A DNA stretch of 35,241 nt. It comes from a virus. Lineage: Duplodnaviria; Caudoviricetes. Numbering within the stretch: position 1 is the first letter of the stretch; every line of letters starts with the position of its first letter. Where the stretch lies: positions 1-35,241 of IMG/VR virus record IMGVR_UViG_3300032257_000071; one strand, 5' to 3'. The translations under genes were made by a program, and so were the position numbers. A model generated the notes under the pieces. The model saw nothing but the letters and a program-made list of their open reading frames with translations. It was not told the origin of the DNA and searched no databases. Shown in pieces: positions 23,385-32,968 of the stretch.

Positions 23385-25069
23385 GCCGCCTCTTCCCCCT
23401 GATCGCAGCCTCGCTGCTGGCCGACACCGACAACCACAGCGAGGGCGGTGGCTTCACCGATGGCCCCATGGAGGACGGCGAGTTCGAGGACGGCATTGAG
23501 GACGATGAGTTCCGCGCCGGCGACCTGAAGCTCCTCGACGACGACAACGGCAAGTCCGCCGATCAGCTCATCGACACCGTCAACCGCCACACGCAGATCG
23601 TCCAGCGGTTCGAGGGCGACATCGCCAAGGTGCAGGACTTCGCCCGCCGCGCGGTGCCCGACACCCAGAAGCTGCTCGCGGAGGCCAAGCGCAACGCCAA
23701 GGCCGAGTGGATCCCCGCTGGCAGCGTGCGCGAGTTCGAGGCCCTGTACCTCGACAGCGACGATACGCCGAAGATGGGCCGCCACACCGTGAGCATCCCC
23801 CTCCCCGGCGGGCAGACCTACCAGCAGAAGCGCCACGGCGTGCTGACCGACCCGCACCCGGTCATCGAGGAGCAGAAGCGCGCCCAGCGTGCCTATGACG
23901 GCCTCGTCGTCGCCATCATGCGGGCCCGCGCTCGGAAGCTGGCCGGTGCTCAGCGCTACAGCGATCCGCTGGTGCAGGTGGCCTGGGTGCAGCTCCGCGG
24001 CGCCCTCCGCAGCCTCCCCGGCACGATCGGCAAGTACTTCCGCGTGAAGCTCGATGACGCCGACTGGCTCCGCAGCGTGATCGACGGCAGCGCCGGCAGC
24101 GGCGGCGAGGTCATCCCCGACCCCGAGCTGGCTGGCCTGCGCCGCCCCACCGACCTGGCGCGCCGCATCCCCGGCCTGGTGGGCGTCCGTCCTGCGCCCT
24201 CGCGCTCCTTCCACCCCATCCGGGTGACCGGTCGCATCCTCGGACAGACCCGCCGGGTCACCGAGGCCGACCCCTCGCGCTTCCCCTCGACCAAGTTCAC
24301 GACCGCGAAGTCCACGATCACCGTGGTCGACCAGGTCTACATGGCGCTGCTCGACAACCTCTTCGCCGGCGACGCGGCGGGGATGCTCGCGGACCCCCTG
24401 GGCTTCGTCATGAGCTGGATCGACGAGGGCCGCATGGACACCATGGAGCTGGCCTTCCTGCACTCCGACGGCGACGGCGACATCGCGGACGTCCAGGGCA
24501 CCTGGACCATGGGCGGCTACTACTCCGCGGGCGACCTCGACGGCGCGACCTCCGCCCTGGGCTGGTGGCAGGGCTGGCGCGCCCGCGCCGCCGCGGACTC
24601 CAACACCCTCTCCGCGGGTGGCTCCTTCGACATGGCGGACCACTTCGGCGCCCTCGAGCTCCTGGGCAACCTCGCCAACGACGCGGTGGCCATCACCGGC
24701 CTGCACTGCCTCTACACCCAGCTGCTCGGCAACAGCATCTTCACCACCTGGGAGAAGATGGGCCCGGCCGCGACGCAGATCACCGGCACCATGGGCATGA
24801 TCGGCAACACCCGCCTGGTGATCTCCGAGTTCATGGCCGACGAGTTCGACAGCTCCAGCGGCGTCTACACCGGCTCCAACGCCTCCTCGGCGATCACCTA
24901 CGTCAACGCCAGCCGGTACGACTACTACGACCTGGCCGCCGGCGCGGGCGAGTTCGAGGCCGAGCGGGTGGAGTATGGCGCGCAGTACGTCGGCGCCGTC
25001 GACCGCGGCATTCTCGACTACAACGGCATCCCCACCGAGAAGCCGGCCGCCATCCTCTACAACCTCTGA
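23381..25069 (+). CDS. Major capsid protein (HK97 fold) with long N-terminal scaffold/delta domain, 562 aa
   Basis: Position; GSGGEVIP motif after ~240 aa; GQ/TMGMIG..LVISEFM pattern; very strong codon bias. Confidence 0.88.
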   Translation: MSRLFPLIAASLLADTDNHSEGGGFTDGPMEDGEFEDGIEDDEFRAGDLKLLDDDNGKSADQLIDTVNRHTQIVQRFEGDIAKVQDFARRAVPDTQKLLAEAKRNAKAEWIPAGSVREFEALYLDSDDTPKMGRHTVSIPLPGGQTYQQKRHGVLTDPHPVIEEQKRAQRAYDGLVVAIMRARARKLAGAQRYSDPLVQVAWVQLRGALRSLPGTIGKYFRVKLDDADWLRSVIDGSAGSGGEVIPDPELAGLRRPTDLARRIPGLVGVRPAPSRSFHPIRVTGRILGQTRRVTEADPSRFPSTKFTTAKSTITVVDQVYMALLDNLFAGDAAGMLADPLGFVMSWIDEGRMDTMELAFLHSDGDGDIADVQGTWTMGGYYSAGDLDGATSALGWWQGWRARAAADSNTLSAGGSFDMADHFGALELLGNLANDAVAITGLHCLYTQLLGNSIFTTWEKMGPAATQITGTMGMIGNTRLVISEFMADEFDSSSGVYTGSNASSAITYVNASRYDYYDLAAGAGEFEAERVEYGAQYVGAVDRGILDYNGIPTEKPAAILYNL

Positions 25070-25140
25070 TGCGCGTGAGGCCGCTCCTGTAGGGGTGGCC
25101 CCGCTCGCGACCCTCTTCACGTCTCGCCCCGGAGCACCCC

Positions 25141-25533
25141 ATGGGTAGCCGCATCACCCTCTCTCAGCGCCTGAACACCGCCGCGGGCACCGACGCCCGC
25201 CGCTACTTCGGGCCGTCCAACGATGAGACCTGGAAGCTCATCGGTCTCACCGTCATCCCCAACGCCACCTCGGCGGCCAACGACACCAACTACGCCTCCA
25301 TCCGGGCGTACAAGGGCGCGTCCACGGCGGTCATGGCGGCACGGGTCACCACCACCGCTGGTGGTGCACTCACCCAGGGCACCGCGGAGGACCTGACCCT
25401 CACCGGCGTCGGCGCCGACCTGGAGATCACCAAGGCGGCCCCGCTGTCGATCCGTGACGACCAGTCCAACGGCTCCGGTGTCATCACCGACTACACCATC
25501 ACCGCCGAGTTCGAGCGGATGGGGGCCTTCTGA
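25141..25533 (+). CDS. Putative head decoration/cement protein, 130 aa
   Basis: Directly after the capsid gene; Thr/Ala-rich beta composition; GGAG RBS. Confidence 0.6.
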   Translation: MGSRITLSQRLNTAAGTDARRYFGPSNDETWKLIGLTVIPNATSAANDTNYASIRAYKGASTAVMAARVTTTAGGALTQGTAEDLTLTGVGADLEITKAAPLSIRDDQSNGSGVITDYTITAEFERMGAF

Positions 25534-26057
25534 TGGTGACCCTGCAGTACAACGGCCGCGCCAAGGGCGTGAACAAGATCCAGGCCAAGGGCATCCGCTG
25601 CAAGGGCGTGTTCCTGCCCCACGGCAAGCCCGTCAAGGGCATCGACCCCCGCATCGCCGGCGCGCTCCTGAACACCGCCCCCGAGGGCGCGATCGCCGTG
25701 CTCGACGGCACCCCGGACACCAGCAAGCCCATCCCCGCGACCGCGAAAGCGGCCATGGCGAAGGAGGCCGGCTTCAAGCGGCTGTTCCCCGTCGACCCCG
25801 CCCGCGCGCTGGACTCCGTGGAGACCATCCCGGCGAAGGTGCTGAAGCTGGGCGGCGACCTGAAGGCCGTCAAGGCCGGCAAGGTCGACAGCCACCTGGC
25901 GCCCCTGGCGCTGCTGGCGAAGCTCACCGGCGAGCTCGACGTCGCCGAGGCCTGCGCCCAGCGCGCGGACGTCGTCGCCGGTCGCGTCGCCCCCGCTGCC
26001 GACCCGGTGGTCGAGGTCCCCGCCCCCGAGGGCGCCCCCGCCAAGCCCGCCGCGTGA
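25533..26057 (+). CDS. Hypothetical head-module protein, 174 aa
   Basis: TGATG overlap; strong codon bias. Confidence 0.7.
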   Translation: MVTLQYNGRAKGVNKIQAKGIRCKGVFLPHGKPVKGIDPRIAGALLNTAPEGAIAVLDGTPDTSKPIPATAKAAMAKEAGFKRLFPVDPARALDSVETIPAKVLKLGGDLKAVKAGKVDSHLAPLALLAKLTGELDVAEACAQRADVVAGRVAPAADPVVEVPAPEGAPAKPAA

Positions 26058-26208
26058 CGCCTCGTCCGCCGGCGCTGCCGTCGCGTCGCCCTCGAGGTGT
26101 GCGTGATGCGCGGGTCCGGCTGGACGACACCCTCACCGCTGACACCCCACAGCCCCCGCCGGGCGACACCGGCGAGGGCGCCACCTCCGACCGTGAGGCC
26201 GCCCCGCC

Positions 26209-26841
26209 GTGTCCCTCCTCTCCGCCAGCGAAGCCCGCGAGCTGATCCCCGGTATCTCAGGGACCGGGCTCGACACGAAGCTCACCGCGCGCATCGCGGA
26301 GGCGGAGCCGCTCATCGCCACGTTCTGCGGCTGGGCGGCGCTGACGGGCGAGGCCTCCATGGACGAGGCCGACCAGACCGGCCGGGTGCTGTACTACGCC
26401 GGTTCGGCGATCCGGTACCGCGAGGGGGCCTATGTGCTGCCGCTGGGGCTGTTTCCGGTGACCGCGCTCGTGCTCCTGGAGGACACCGACGGCGACTGGA
26501 GCTACGCCACCACCGTCAGCGCCAGCGACTACGTGCTCGACCAGGTCCGCGGCGAGGTGCTGTTCAAGCCGACCGCGACCTACACCCCCGGACGACGGGG
26601 GCCGCGTCGCTTCAAGGCGACGCTGACGGCGGGCCACGCGACGGCGCCGGACGAGCTCAAGCGGCTGATCGCCGAGACGGTCAAGCACCTCTTGGGGCGG
26701 CACAAGACCGCCGGGAAGACATCGACCTCGAGCAAGGCCGGCAGCGCGTCGCTCAAGGAGCAGGCCGAGCTGATCCCCGCGGTGGTTCGCATGGCGCTGG
26801 CGCGGCGGTACCTGCTGCCCGGCGTGATGGGGGTGTCGTAG
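26209..26841 (+). CDS. Head-tail adaptor (gp6/gp15-like)
   Basis: LLS..EAR..I...D.KL...I..AE..I..FCG; AGH...PDELK; IPAVV...L.RY pattern. Confidence 0.78.
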   Translation: MSLLSASEARELIPGISGTGLDTKLTARIAEAEPLIATFCGWAALTGEASMDEADQTGRVLYYAGSAIRYREGAYVLPLGLFPVTALVLLEDTDGDWSYATTVSASDYVLDQVRGEVLFKPTATYTPGRRGPRRFKATLTAGHATAPDELKRLIAETVKHLLGRHKTAGKTSTSSKAGSASLKEQAELIPAVVRMALARRYLLPGVMGVS

Positions 26842-27284
26842 TGGCCACACTCACCCTCGACGCCTTCAGCGACGTGATGGACACCGGCAGCGACCGGCTG
26901 CAGCGCGTCCTCCGCAAGCGCCTGAGCGAGCAGGGCCGCGTCTTCAAACAGGCCGCCGCCCGCAACGCCGCCGCGCGCTTCCGTCGTGACACCGGCGCCA
27001 CCGCCGGCGCCGTGCGCGCCCGCCTGCACCGTTCCAAGATGGAGCTGCTGATGGGGTTCGACACCGACAAGAGCCCCGGCGGGCTCATCCAAGACACCGG
27101 CGGCACGATCCGCCCCACCCGCGGCGAGTTCCTGTTCATCCCCCAGCCCGACGGCTCCTTCCGGGTCGCCCGCGAGGTCACCATCAAGGCCACCAACTGG
27201 CTGAGCGACGCCTGGGAGACCCTGCAGCGCACCACGCCGGCCGCCCTCGAGGGCGCGCTCTCCGATGCTCTGGGTAGCACCTGA
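26841..27284 (+). CDS. Tail completion protein (HK97 gp10-like), 147 aa
   Basis: GTG overlapping the TAG; RDTG, GGTIRP..G.FL.IP and V.IKATNWL..A patterns. Confidence 0.7.
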   Translation: MATLTLDAFSDVMDTGSDRLQRVLRKRLSEQGRVFKQAAARNAAARFRRDTGATAGAVRARLHRSKMELLMGFDTDKSPGGLIQDTGGTIRPTRGEFLFIPQPDGSFRVAREVTIKATNWLSDAWETLQRTTPAALEGALSDALGST

Positions 27285-27781
27285 TGGGCGCGATCCCCGC
27301 CGGCGAGGCGTTCACCGATGCCCTGCTCACCGCGCTCCGTGCGGTGGACGGGACCGGTGACTACTGGTTCGATCTGACCGGCGATGACCGGGTGATCGAG
27401 GCGGACACGCTGGAGCCCACCCTCGACAGCCACCAGGTCGCGCTGTGCAAGGTGGAGATCACCAGCGTGAGCGGCGAGGTCATGGGCTACTACGGCCTCA
27501 CCTGGACCTGCCTGCTGATGGGCTACGCGCCAGCGACGGCCGACACCCCGAGCAGCGCCGCCCGCCAGGCGTACCGGCTGCTCAACGACTGCACGCTCGC
27601 GCTCCAGCGCATGCGCGACAGCAGCCCCAGCATCGCCACGCTGGCGAAGGGCGACGCCATCGACGTGCGGATCACCGGCGCCACCCGCCACGGCGACAGC
27701 ATCGACCAGGACCTCTACGGCGGGCTCGGCATGTTCGCGGCCACCGTCGAGATCACCGCCGAAGTCGAGGAGGGCGCGTGA
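27284..27781 (+). CDS. Tail terminator-like protein, 165 aa
   Basis: Position in the neck module; size and alpha/beta pattern. Confidence 0.6.
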   Translation: MGAIPAGEAFTDALLTALRAVDGTGDYWFDLTGDDRVIEADTLEPTLDSHQVALCKVEITSVSGEVMGYYGLTWTCLLMGYAPATADTPSSAARQAYRLLNDCTLALQRMRDSSPSIATLAKGDAIDVRITGATRHGDSIDQDLYGGLGMFAATVEITAEVEEGA

Positions 27782-28638
27782 GCTGGAAGCAGGACAACAA
27801 CGGCACCAGCGTCAAGCCCTGGCGGCACCGCCTGGACGTCACGATTGATGCGACCAGCCAGGCCGGCACCGCGAACACCGACGGCACCCACGACGTGCAG
27901 TTCGTGATCCCGGCGACGCTGGGGCAGCTGTGGGCCCGACTCAACGCCGGCAACGGCGACGAGCTGGTCGTCACCCAGGCGGACGGCGTGACGGAGCTGG
28001 ACTTCAAACTCACCGACGCGGCCTTCACCGGCGCCGCGGCCCCGGCGACCTTCGACGTGGGTGTGCAGGTTGACGACGTGCCGATCCGCTACGGCGGCGA
28101 CGGCCAGGGCCGGCTGCAGCGGATCTGCATCTACTACGGGCTCGCGGGCTACAGCCCGACGCACGCTGTCTTCACGCCGTCGACTCCGCTCACCGGCACC
28201 GTGGAGCTGGGCGAGCCTCCCAGCGGACAGCGCCGCCTCGTGATTCTGCCCTCGCCGCAGGGGCAGACGCTCACCCGTGACGTGGTGTCGAAGAACTCTC
28301 AGGAGTCCATCTTCGTCTGGCTGGACGTGACCGCCCTCCTGGGCGCCCGCGTCGGGCAGTACGCCGGATCGCTGCGGCTGGAGGAGGTGCTCGACCTCTT
28401 CAACGACGCCGAGACCTCCGGGATGCGCGAGCGCACCGGGGGCAGCGACTCCACCGCCATGGTGGACGTGACCCTCTGCACGGTCGCCACCATCGGCCAG
28501 CGTCAGTGGCTCAAGGTCTACGTGACCGGTGGCACCGACGCGACGGACTACGCCGTGATCGTCCCCTTCCGAACCACCGAGGGGCAGACCCTCAACGCCC
28601 GATTCCGCGTGCAAGTGCGCGACGTCGACGACACCTGA
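27778..28638 (+). CDS. Structural protein: DUF2341-like N-domain + phage fibre-adaptor-like C-domain, 286 aa
   Basis: WRHRLDVTID...GDELVVTQADGVTELDF; C-terminal VYVTGG....DY.V.....TTEGQTL..RF.V.V. Confidence 0.55.
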   Translation: MSWKQDNNGTSVKPWRHRLDVTIDATSQAGTANTDGTHDVQFVIPATLGQLWARLNAGNGDELVVTQADGVTELDFKLTDAAFTGAAAPATFDVGVQVDDVPIRYGGDGQGRLQRICIYYGLAGYSPTHAVFTPSTPLTGTVELGEPPSGQRRLVILPSPQGQTLTRDVVSKNSQESIFVWLDVTALLGARVGQYAGSLRLEEVLDLFNDAETSGMRERTGGSDSTAMVDVTLCTVATIGQRQWLKVYVTGGTDATDYAVIVPFRTTEGQTLNARFRVQVRDVDDT

Positions 28639-28650
28639 CAGGAGGCCCCC

Positions 28651-29595
28651 ATGGGCATCAACACCCCCCGCAATGGCGCCATCGGCTTCGGTGAAGAGTC
28701 GACCCTCGGCACCGCTGTCAGCCGCTCGAACTGGCGCCCGGCGATCGCGCTGAACCCCTCGCTGAAGACCAACTCCAGCAACTACCAGGACCTCTACCGC
28801 AGCGGCGCGGGCTCGGCCCTGCGGCACAGCATCGACTCCCGCGAGTTCAGCGACCGGGTCGACCTGCTCGGGAGCTACACCCGCCTGGGGATGCTGTACA
28901 AGCACATGATCGGCTCGGTAGCCACGACCGGCCCCAGCGGCAGCGACTTCACCCACACGTACGACCCCGCCGCCCTGCCCACCGGGCTCACGATCGAGGG
29001 CATCCGGGGCAGCAACTCCACCAGCGAGCTCGCGGTGGGATGCCAGATCGCCGACTGGACCTTTAGCTCCAGCGTGAGCAGCCGCCGGGCGGTGTTCAGT
29101 CTGAACGTGATGGGCAAGGACTCGACGCGCCCCAGCAAGGGCACGCCCTCGTACGGCGCCACCGACGACCCGATCCTGCACCATCACCTCGGCACCGTGT
29201 CGTGGAACAGCCTGAACCCCAAGCCGTCGAGCGTCCGCATCACCGGCAACAACGGCCTTGAGCGGCAGTGGACCGACGATGTGGTGTGCGACGGCTACGT
29301 TGAGAGCGGCGATCGCGTCTACGGCGCCGTGCTGACCATCTACGACCGCGACACCGACGCCTACTACGACGCCTGGAAGGCGCAGACCGAGTCGGATCTG
29401 GTGCTGCCCTACGGCAACGGCTCCCTGGGCTTCAGCTTCACGCTGAGGAACGCCCGGATCACCAACATCAGCGAGCCGATCCGCAGCGGCAGCGCCCTCA
29501 CTCGGGAGATCACCTTCGCGCCCGTCGCCGATGGCACCGACGAGGCGTTGGAGCTGGCCGTCATCAACGAGAACGCCAGTGGTACGGCGAACTGA
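28651..29595 (+). CDS. Tail tube (major tail) protein
   Basis: IGFGEESTLGTAV N-terminal motif; FTHTY; GGAGG RBS; precedes the chaperone and tape measure genes. Confidence 0.85.
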   Translation: MGINTPRNGAIGFGEESTLGTAVSRSNWRPAIALNPSLKTNSSNYQDLYRSGAGSALRHSIDSREFSDRVDLLGSYTRLGMLYKHMIGSVATTGPSGSDFTHTYDPAALPTGLTIEGIRGSNSTSELAVGCQIADWTFSSSVSSRRAVFSLNVMGKDSTRPSKGTPSYGATDDPILHHHLGTVSWNSLNPKPSSVRITGNNGLERQWTDDVVCDGYVESGDRVYGAVLTIYDRDTDAYYDAWKAQTESDLVLPYGNGSLGFSFTLRNARITNISEPIRSGSALTREITFAPVADGTDEALELAVINENASGTAN

Positions 29596-30155
29596 TGCAC
29601 CCGTACCTCGCCGCCATCCAGGACACCACACACGCGGAGGTCACCACCCCCGACGGCGCGGTATGGCGCCTCCAGCAGCCGCGGGGCCGCGACTTCGACC
29701 GCTGGCAGCACCTGTTCTTGCTGCTGATCGCCCCGGCGGCGAGCAAGCTGCTCGGCACCAAGGAGCAGGACCTGCTCGACATGCCCGAGGGGCCCGAGCG
29801 CACCACGCAGATTGAGGCCGCGCTGCAGCGTCACGACGCCGAGGAGTGGAAGGGACTCACCGACGAGGAGCGCGACCGCCGCCGCCAGCTCCGGGACCAG
29901 CAGGACGCCGCCCTCGTTGCTGCCTGCGTGACGCACCTGGTGCCGCCGGGCGACTCCGAGCCGATCCCGGTCCGCTTCACCATCGCCGAGACCGACACCG
30001 CCCCCGAGGGCACCCAGGTGATTGACTTCTGGGCGGTCCCAGTGTCCATCCGTCAGCCCCTCGTCCGGGCAGCTCGCCAGCAGGTGAGCGGGGGGGCGTT
30101 GCGCCGAAAGGTCGACTCCTTTCGATCTGGACCCGACGCAAGCGGAGGAGATTGA
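29595..30155 (+). CDS. Tail assembly chaperone (gpG-like)
   Basis: Between tail tube and tape measure genes; TCC TTT CGA near the 3' end. Confidence 0.8.
   Translation: MHPYLAAIQDTTHAEVTTPDGAVWRLQQPRGRDFDRWQHLFLLLIAPAASKLLGTKEQDLLDMPEGPERTTQIEAALQRHDAEEWKGLTDEERDRRRQLRDQQDAALVAACVTHLVPPGDSEPIPVRFTIAETDTAPEGTQVIDFWAVPVSIRQPLVRAARQQVSGGALRRKVDSFRSGPDASGGD
30117..30125 (+). other. Putative +1 programmed ribosomal frameshift site TCC_TTT_CGA
   Basis: In frame with the chaperone; the +1 frame stays open to TGA 30330. Confidence 0.65.
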
Positions 30156-30330
30156 CGCCATGGCCCAGCGGTACGGACAACTGCCCAGCACGTTCCTGCA
30201 CCTCTCCCAAGAGGATCTGACGTACTGCACCGCCGTGTTCCGCGCCGGGCGTGGCGCCGACCGCGAGCACTTCCAGCGCCGCGCCGGCGAGGGCGGACAA
30301 GTCGCCGTTGATTCCCGGCTGGGGGGCTGA
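30121..30330 (+). CDS. gpT-like extension of the tail chaperone (or separate ORF from ATG 30160); not in the ORF track
   Basis: FDLDPTQAEEIDAMAQRYGQLPSTFLHL...; fills the gap up to the tape measure start. Confidence 0.7.
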   Translation, partial: FDLDPTQAEEIDAMAQRYGQLPSTFLHLSQEDLTYCTAVFRAGRGADREHFQRRAGEGGQVAVDSRLGG

Positions 30331-30332
30331 TC

Positions 30333-32162
30333 GTGGCGTCGAACGTGGTCGAGTACATCCTGAAGCTCACCGGCGGTGACGAGGCGTCCGAGTCCCTGCG
30401 CGGGGTCAGCAAAGAGGCCGGCGTTGCTGATGTGTCGCTCGCCGGCCTTGCCGGGGCGACGGCCGTGGTGGGCGCCGCGCTGCTCGCCGGTGCCGCCGCT
30501 GCGTTTCAGTTTGCCCAGCAGATCGCCGATGCCGTCAACGACGTAACCGACCTGTCGACGCGCACCGGCGTTGCTTCTGAAACCATCCTCGGGCTCAAGC
30601 TCGCCTTTGAAGGCTCGGGGCAGTCCGCCGCCCAGATGGAGAGCACGCTCCAGCAGGTGACCGCGCGGATCTCCAGCGCCGCCGCGGGCAGTACGGCCGC
30701 CGCGGACGGCTTCGGCGCCCTCGGAGTGTCGCTCACCGACGCCGAGGGCGGGCTACGCAGCACCGACGACGTGCTACGCGAAACCCTCGCGAGCATCCAG
30801 GCCCTACCCGACCCGACCGAGCGCGCCGTAGCCGCCACCAACGCTCTTGGACGCAGCGGCGCGCGCATGGTTCAAGCCCTCGGCGACGGGAAGCTCGATG
30901 ACTACGTAGAAACGGCGCGCGTGATCGGCCTCGATGTGGGGCCGGCGGCGGCGGCGGCGACAGCGAATTGGCAGCGCGAAGTTGCCACGCTGAACACCAC
31001 GCTCGAAGCGACCCCGCAACGCATCGCGGACGCCTTCGGTATGGACAGCGGCGGCGCCGGCATTCTGGAGGTCTTCAACACGTCCTTGCTGTTCTCGCTG
31101 AATCTGCTGAACGAGGCCTCGGATCAGTTCGTCAGCCAGTTTGACCTCATGGGTCGTGCTGTCGACGCCTTCACTTCGGGCGATCTATCGGGCGCCGCCG
31201 GCCTGGTTGGAGAGCTCTACGGCGGCGATCAGTTTGCCTGGATTGACTCGGCGACCGAAGCGACCGAAAAGCAGCTTGAAGCCCTTGATGCCCTGCGCGG
31301 CTCAACGACGGGCGGCGGCTCGGGCGGTGGCGGCGGTGGCGGATATCGCGGCGGCGGATCAGGCGGCGACGGATGGACAGACGGCGGCTTCTTGAACAAG
31401 CTTACCAACCCCGGCGCCATCACCGGCAGCAGCGTCGCCGGCGGCTTCTCCGGGCTCAGCGCATTGCTCGACTTCGGCGACTTCTCGCGCATGGATATGC
31501 TCGGGGCCCGTGCTGCGCGCTTCCAGCACGACAACCCCAACGCCGCAGGCAACGTCCAGGCCGGCGCTGGCGCCCTCGGCGGGCTCGCCACCGGCAACGT
31601 CAACCCCCTGCTCTCCCTGATCCCCGGCGGCGGCCTGCTCGGCGGCGTCGCCAATGTGGGCGCCCTCGGCGCCGGCGGCGTGGAGGACATGCTCGACACC
31701 TTCACCGAGGCGGTGAAGGGTGGCCTCGAAGCCCTCCCGGAGATCCTGAGCACGGTGATCCCCGAGTTCGCGGTGTCCATCGTCACCGAGTTGATTCCTG
31801 CGCTCATCTCGGCCAGCCCGCAGATCTTCGCCGCCCTCATCACCGGGCTCGCTAACACCCTCCTCCCAGGCGGTGACAGTGACCAGTCCTTTGGTGAGCG
31901 CCTGGCGAGTGCAGGGCAGATCGCGAGCCTCGCGGTGGGCGCCGGCAACTCCTTCGGCAGCTCACCCTCGGACGCTCTGTCACTGGCCAGCTCCGGAAGC
32001 CGCGGGCGCACCTCCAGCAGCATCACCCGCCCCCGGGCGCCGCTGCAGGCCGGGCCGGGCGGCGGTGAGGTCCGCGTCATCCTCGGCGGCGACCTCGGAG
32101 CCCTGATCGACCGTATCGACATCGAGCAGGGCCCCAACGGCACGCGCCCCAGGAGCACTTGA
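30333..32162 (+). CDS. Tape measure protein, 609 aa
   Basis: Ala/Gly-rich helical; DLSTRTGV..E.I.GL, LGVSLTDAEGGLRSTDDVL motifs. Confidence 0.9.
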   Translation: MASNVVEYILKLTGGDEASESLRGVSKEAGVADVSLAGLAGATAVVGAALLAGAAAAFQFAQQIADAVNDVTDLSTRTGVASETILGLKLAFEGSGQSAAQMESTLQQVTARISSAAAGSTAAADGFGALGVSLTDAEGGLRSTDDVLRETLASIQALPDPTERAVAATNALGRSGARMVQALGDGKLDDYVETARVIGLDVGPAAAAATANWQREVATLNTTLEATPQRIADAFGMDSGGAGILEVFNTSLLFSLNLLNEASDQFVSQFDLMGRAVDAFTSGDLSGAAGLVGELYGGDQFAWIDSATEATEKQLEALDALRGSTTGGGSGGGGGGGYRGGGSGGDGWTDGGFLNKLTNPGAITGSSVAGGFSGLSALLDFGDFSRMDMLGARAARFQHDNPNAAGNVQAGAGALGGLATGNVNPLLSLIPGGGLLGGVANVGALGAGGVEDMLDTFTEAVKGGLEALPEILSTVIPEFAVSIVTELIPALISASPQIFAALITGLANTLLPGGDSDQSFGERLASAGQIASLAVGAGNSFGSSPSDALSLASSGSRGRTSSSITRPRAPLQAGPGGGEVRVILGGDLGALIDRIDIEQGPNGTRPRST

Positions 32163-32968
32163 TGGGCGCCCCCCGCTTCTACTACTACCCCCTCGCCGGC
32201 GGCGTGCTGAAGACGATCAGCTTCAGCGCACTCACCAGCAACGTCACCGACTTCGACGACGACCCCGTCATCATCAGCGACGGGGGCACCTCGCAGACCG
32301 GCCGCGACTACACGGTGGTGCAGCGCAGCGCGCCGAGGGTGCGGATCTACTTCCGGCGCCTGAAGCGGTACACCGACACCGGCGCCCTGGTGGAGCGCCA
32401 GCTCCGGGGGTTCATCGACCACCTCCGGCGGGGTGGGGTGTGCGCCTTCACCATGGACACCGACAAGGCCTGGGCCGCGTTCGCGCAGGGGCCGGTGAAC
32501 CAGGGCGACACGTACATCGACACCCACGGCGACATGTTCGGCGGGGCCTTCGAGTCCTCGCCGGCGCCGGCCGCAGGTGACGAGGTCTGGATTCAGGGCG
32601 GCTACCCCGAGCGCCGCCGGGAGTTGATGAAGGTCACCTCCTGGGTCGCGGGCTCGCAGCGCGTCACCCTCGGCGCGGACGTGAGCATCGAGACGATCGC
32701 TCCGACGCTGGTGCACACCCGCGACTTCTGGCCGGTGATGGTTCTTCCGCCTGAGTTCCGGAGTCAGAAGCTGCTCACCGTCGAGCGTGGGCGACACTTC
32801 ACGCTCGACCTGACGCTGGAGCTGGACACCGGGCGCGTGGACACCCTGGGCGAGGGCGCCGCGGCTGGCGGGCAGGAGTTCGGAGGCACCACACAGGGCA
32901 GCTCCCTGGACCTGGAGAGCATCCCCGGCAACGACCGCACAGATATGACCCGCTTTGGGGGTCGCTGA
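32162..32968 (+). CDS. Distal tail protein-like, 268 aa
   Basis: TGATG overlap directly after the tape measure gene. Confidence 0.6.
   Translation: MGAPRFYYYPLAGGVLKTISFSALTSNVTDFDDDPVIISDGGTSQTGRDYTVVQRSAPRVRIYFRRLKRYTDTGALVERQLRGFIDHLRRGGVCAFTMDTDKAWAAFAQGPVNQGDTYIDTHGDMFGGAFESSPAPAAGDEVWIQGGYPERRRELMKVTSWVAGSQRVTLGADVSIETIAPTLVHTRDFWPVMVLPPEFRSQKLLTVERGRHFTLDLTLELDTGRVDTLGEGAAAGGQEFGGTTQGSSLDLESIPGNDRTDMTRFGGR

Noticed and set aside
19812-25120. Very long minus-strand ORFs (894 aa, 678 aa; likewise 27715-29631, 31229-32797, 33094-34623, and 5829-7505 on +)
   Set aside because: Antisense shadows of strongly GC3-biased real genes; no motifs, RBS or operon coupling
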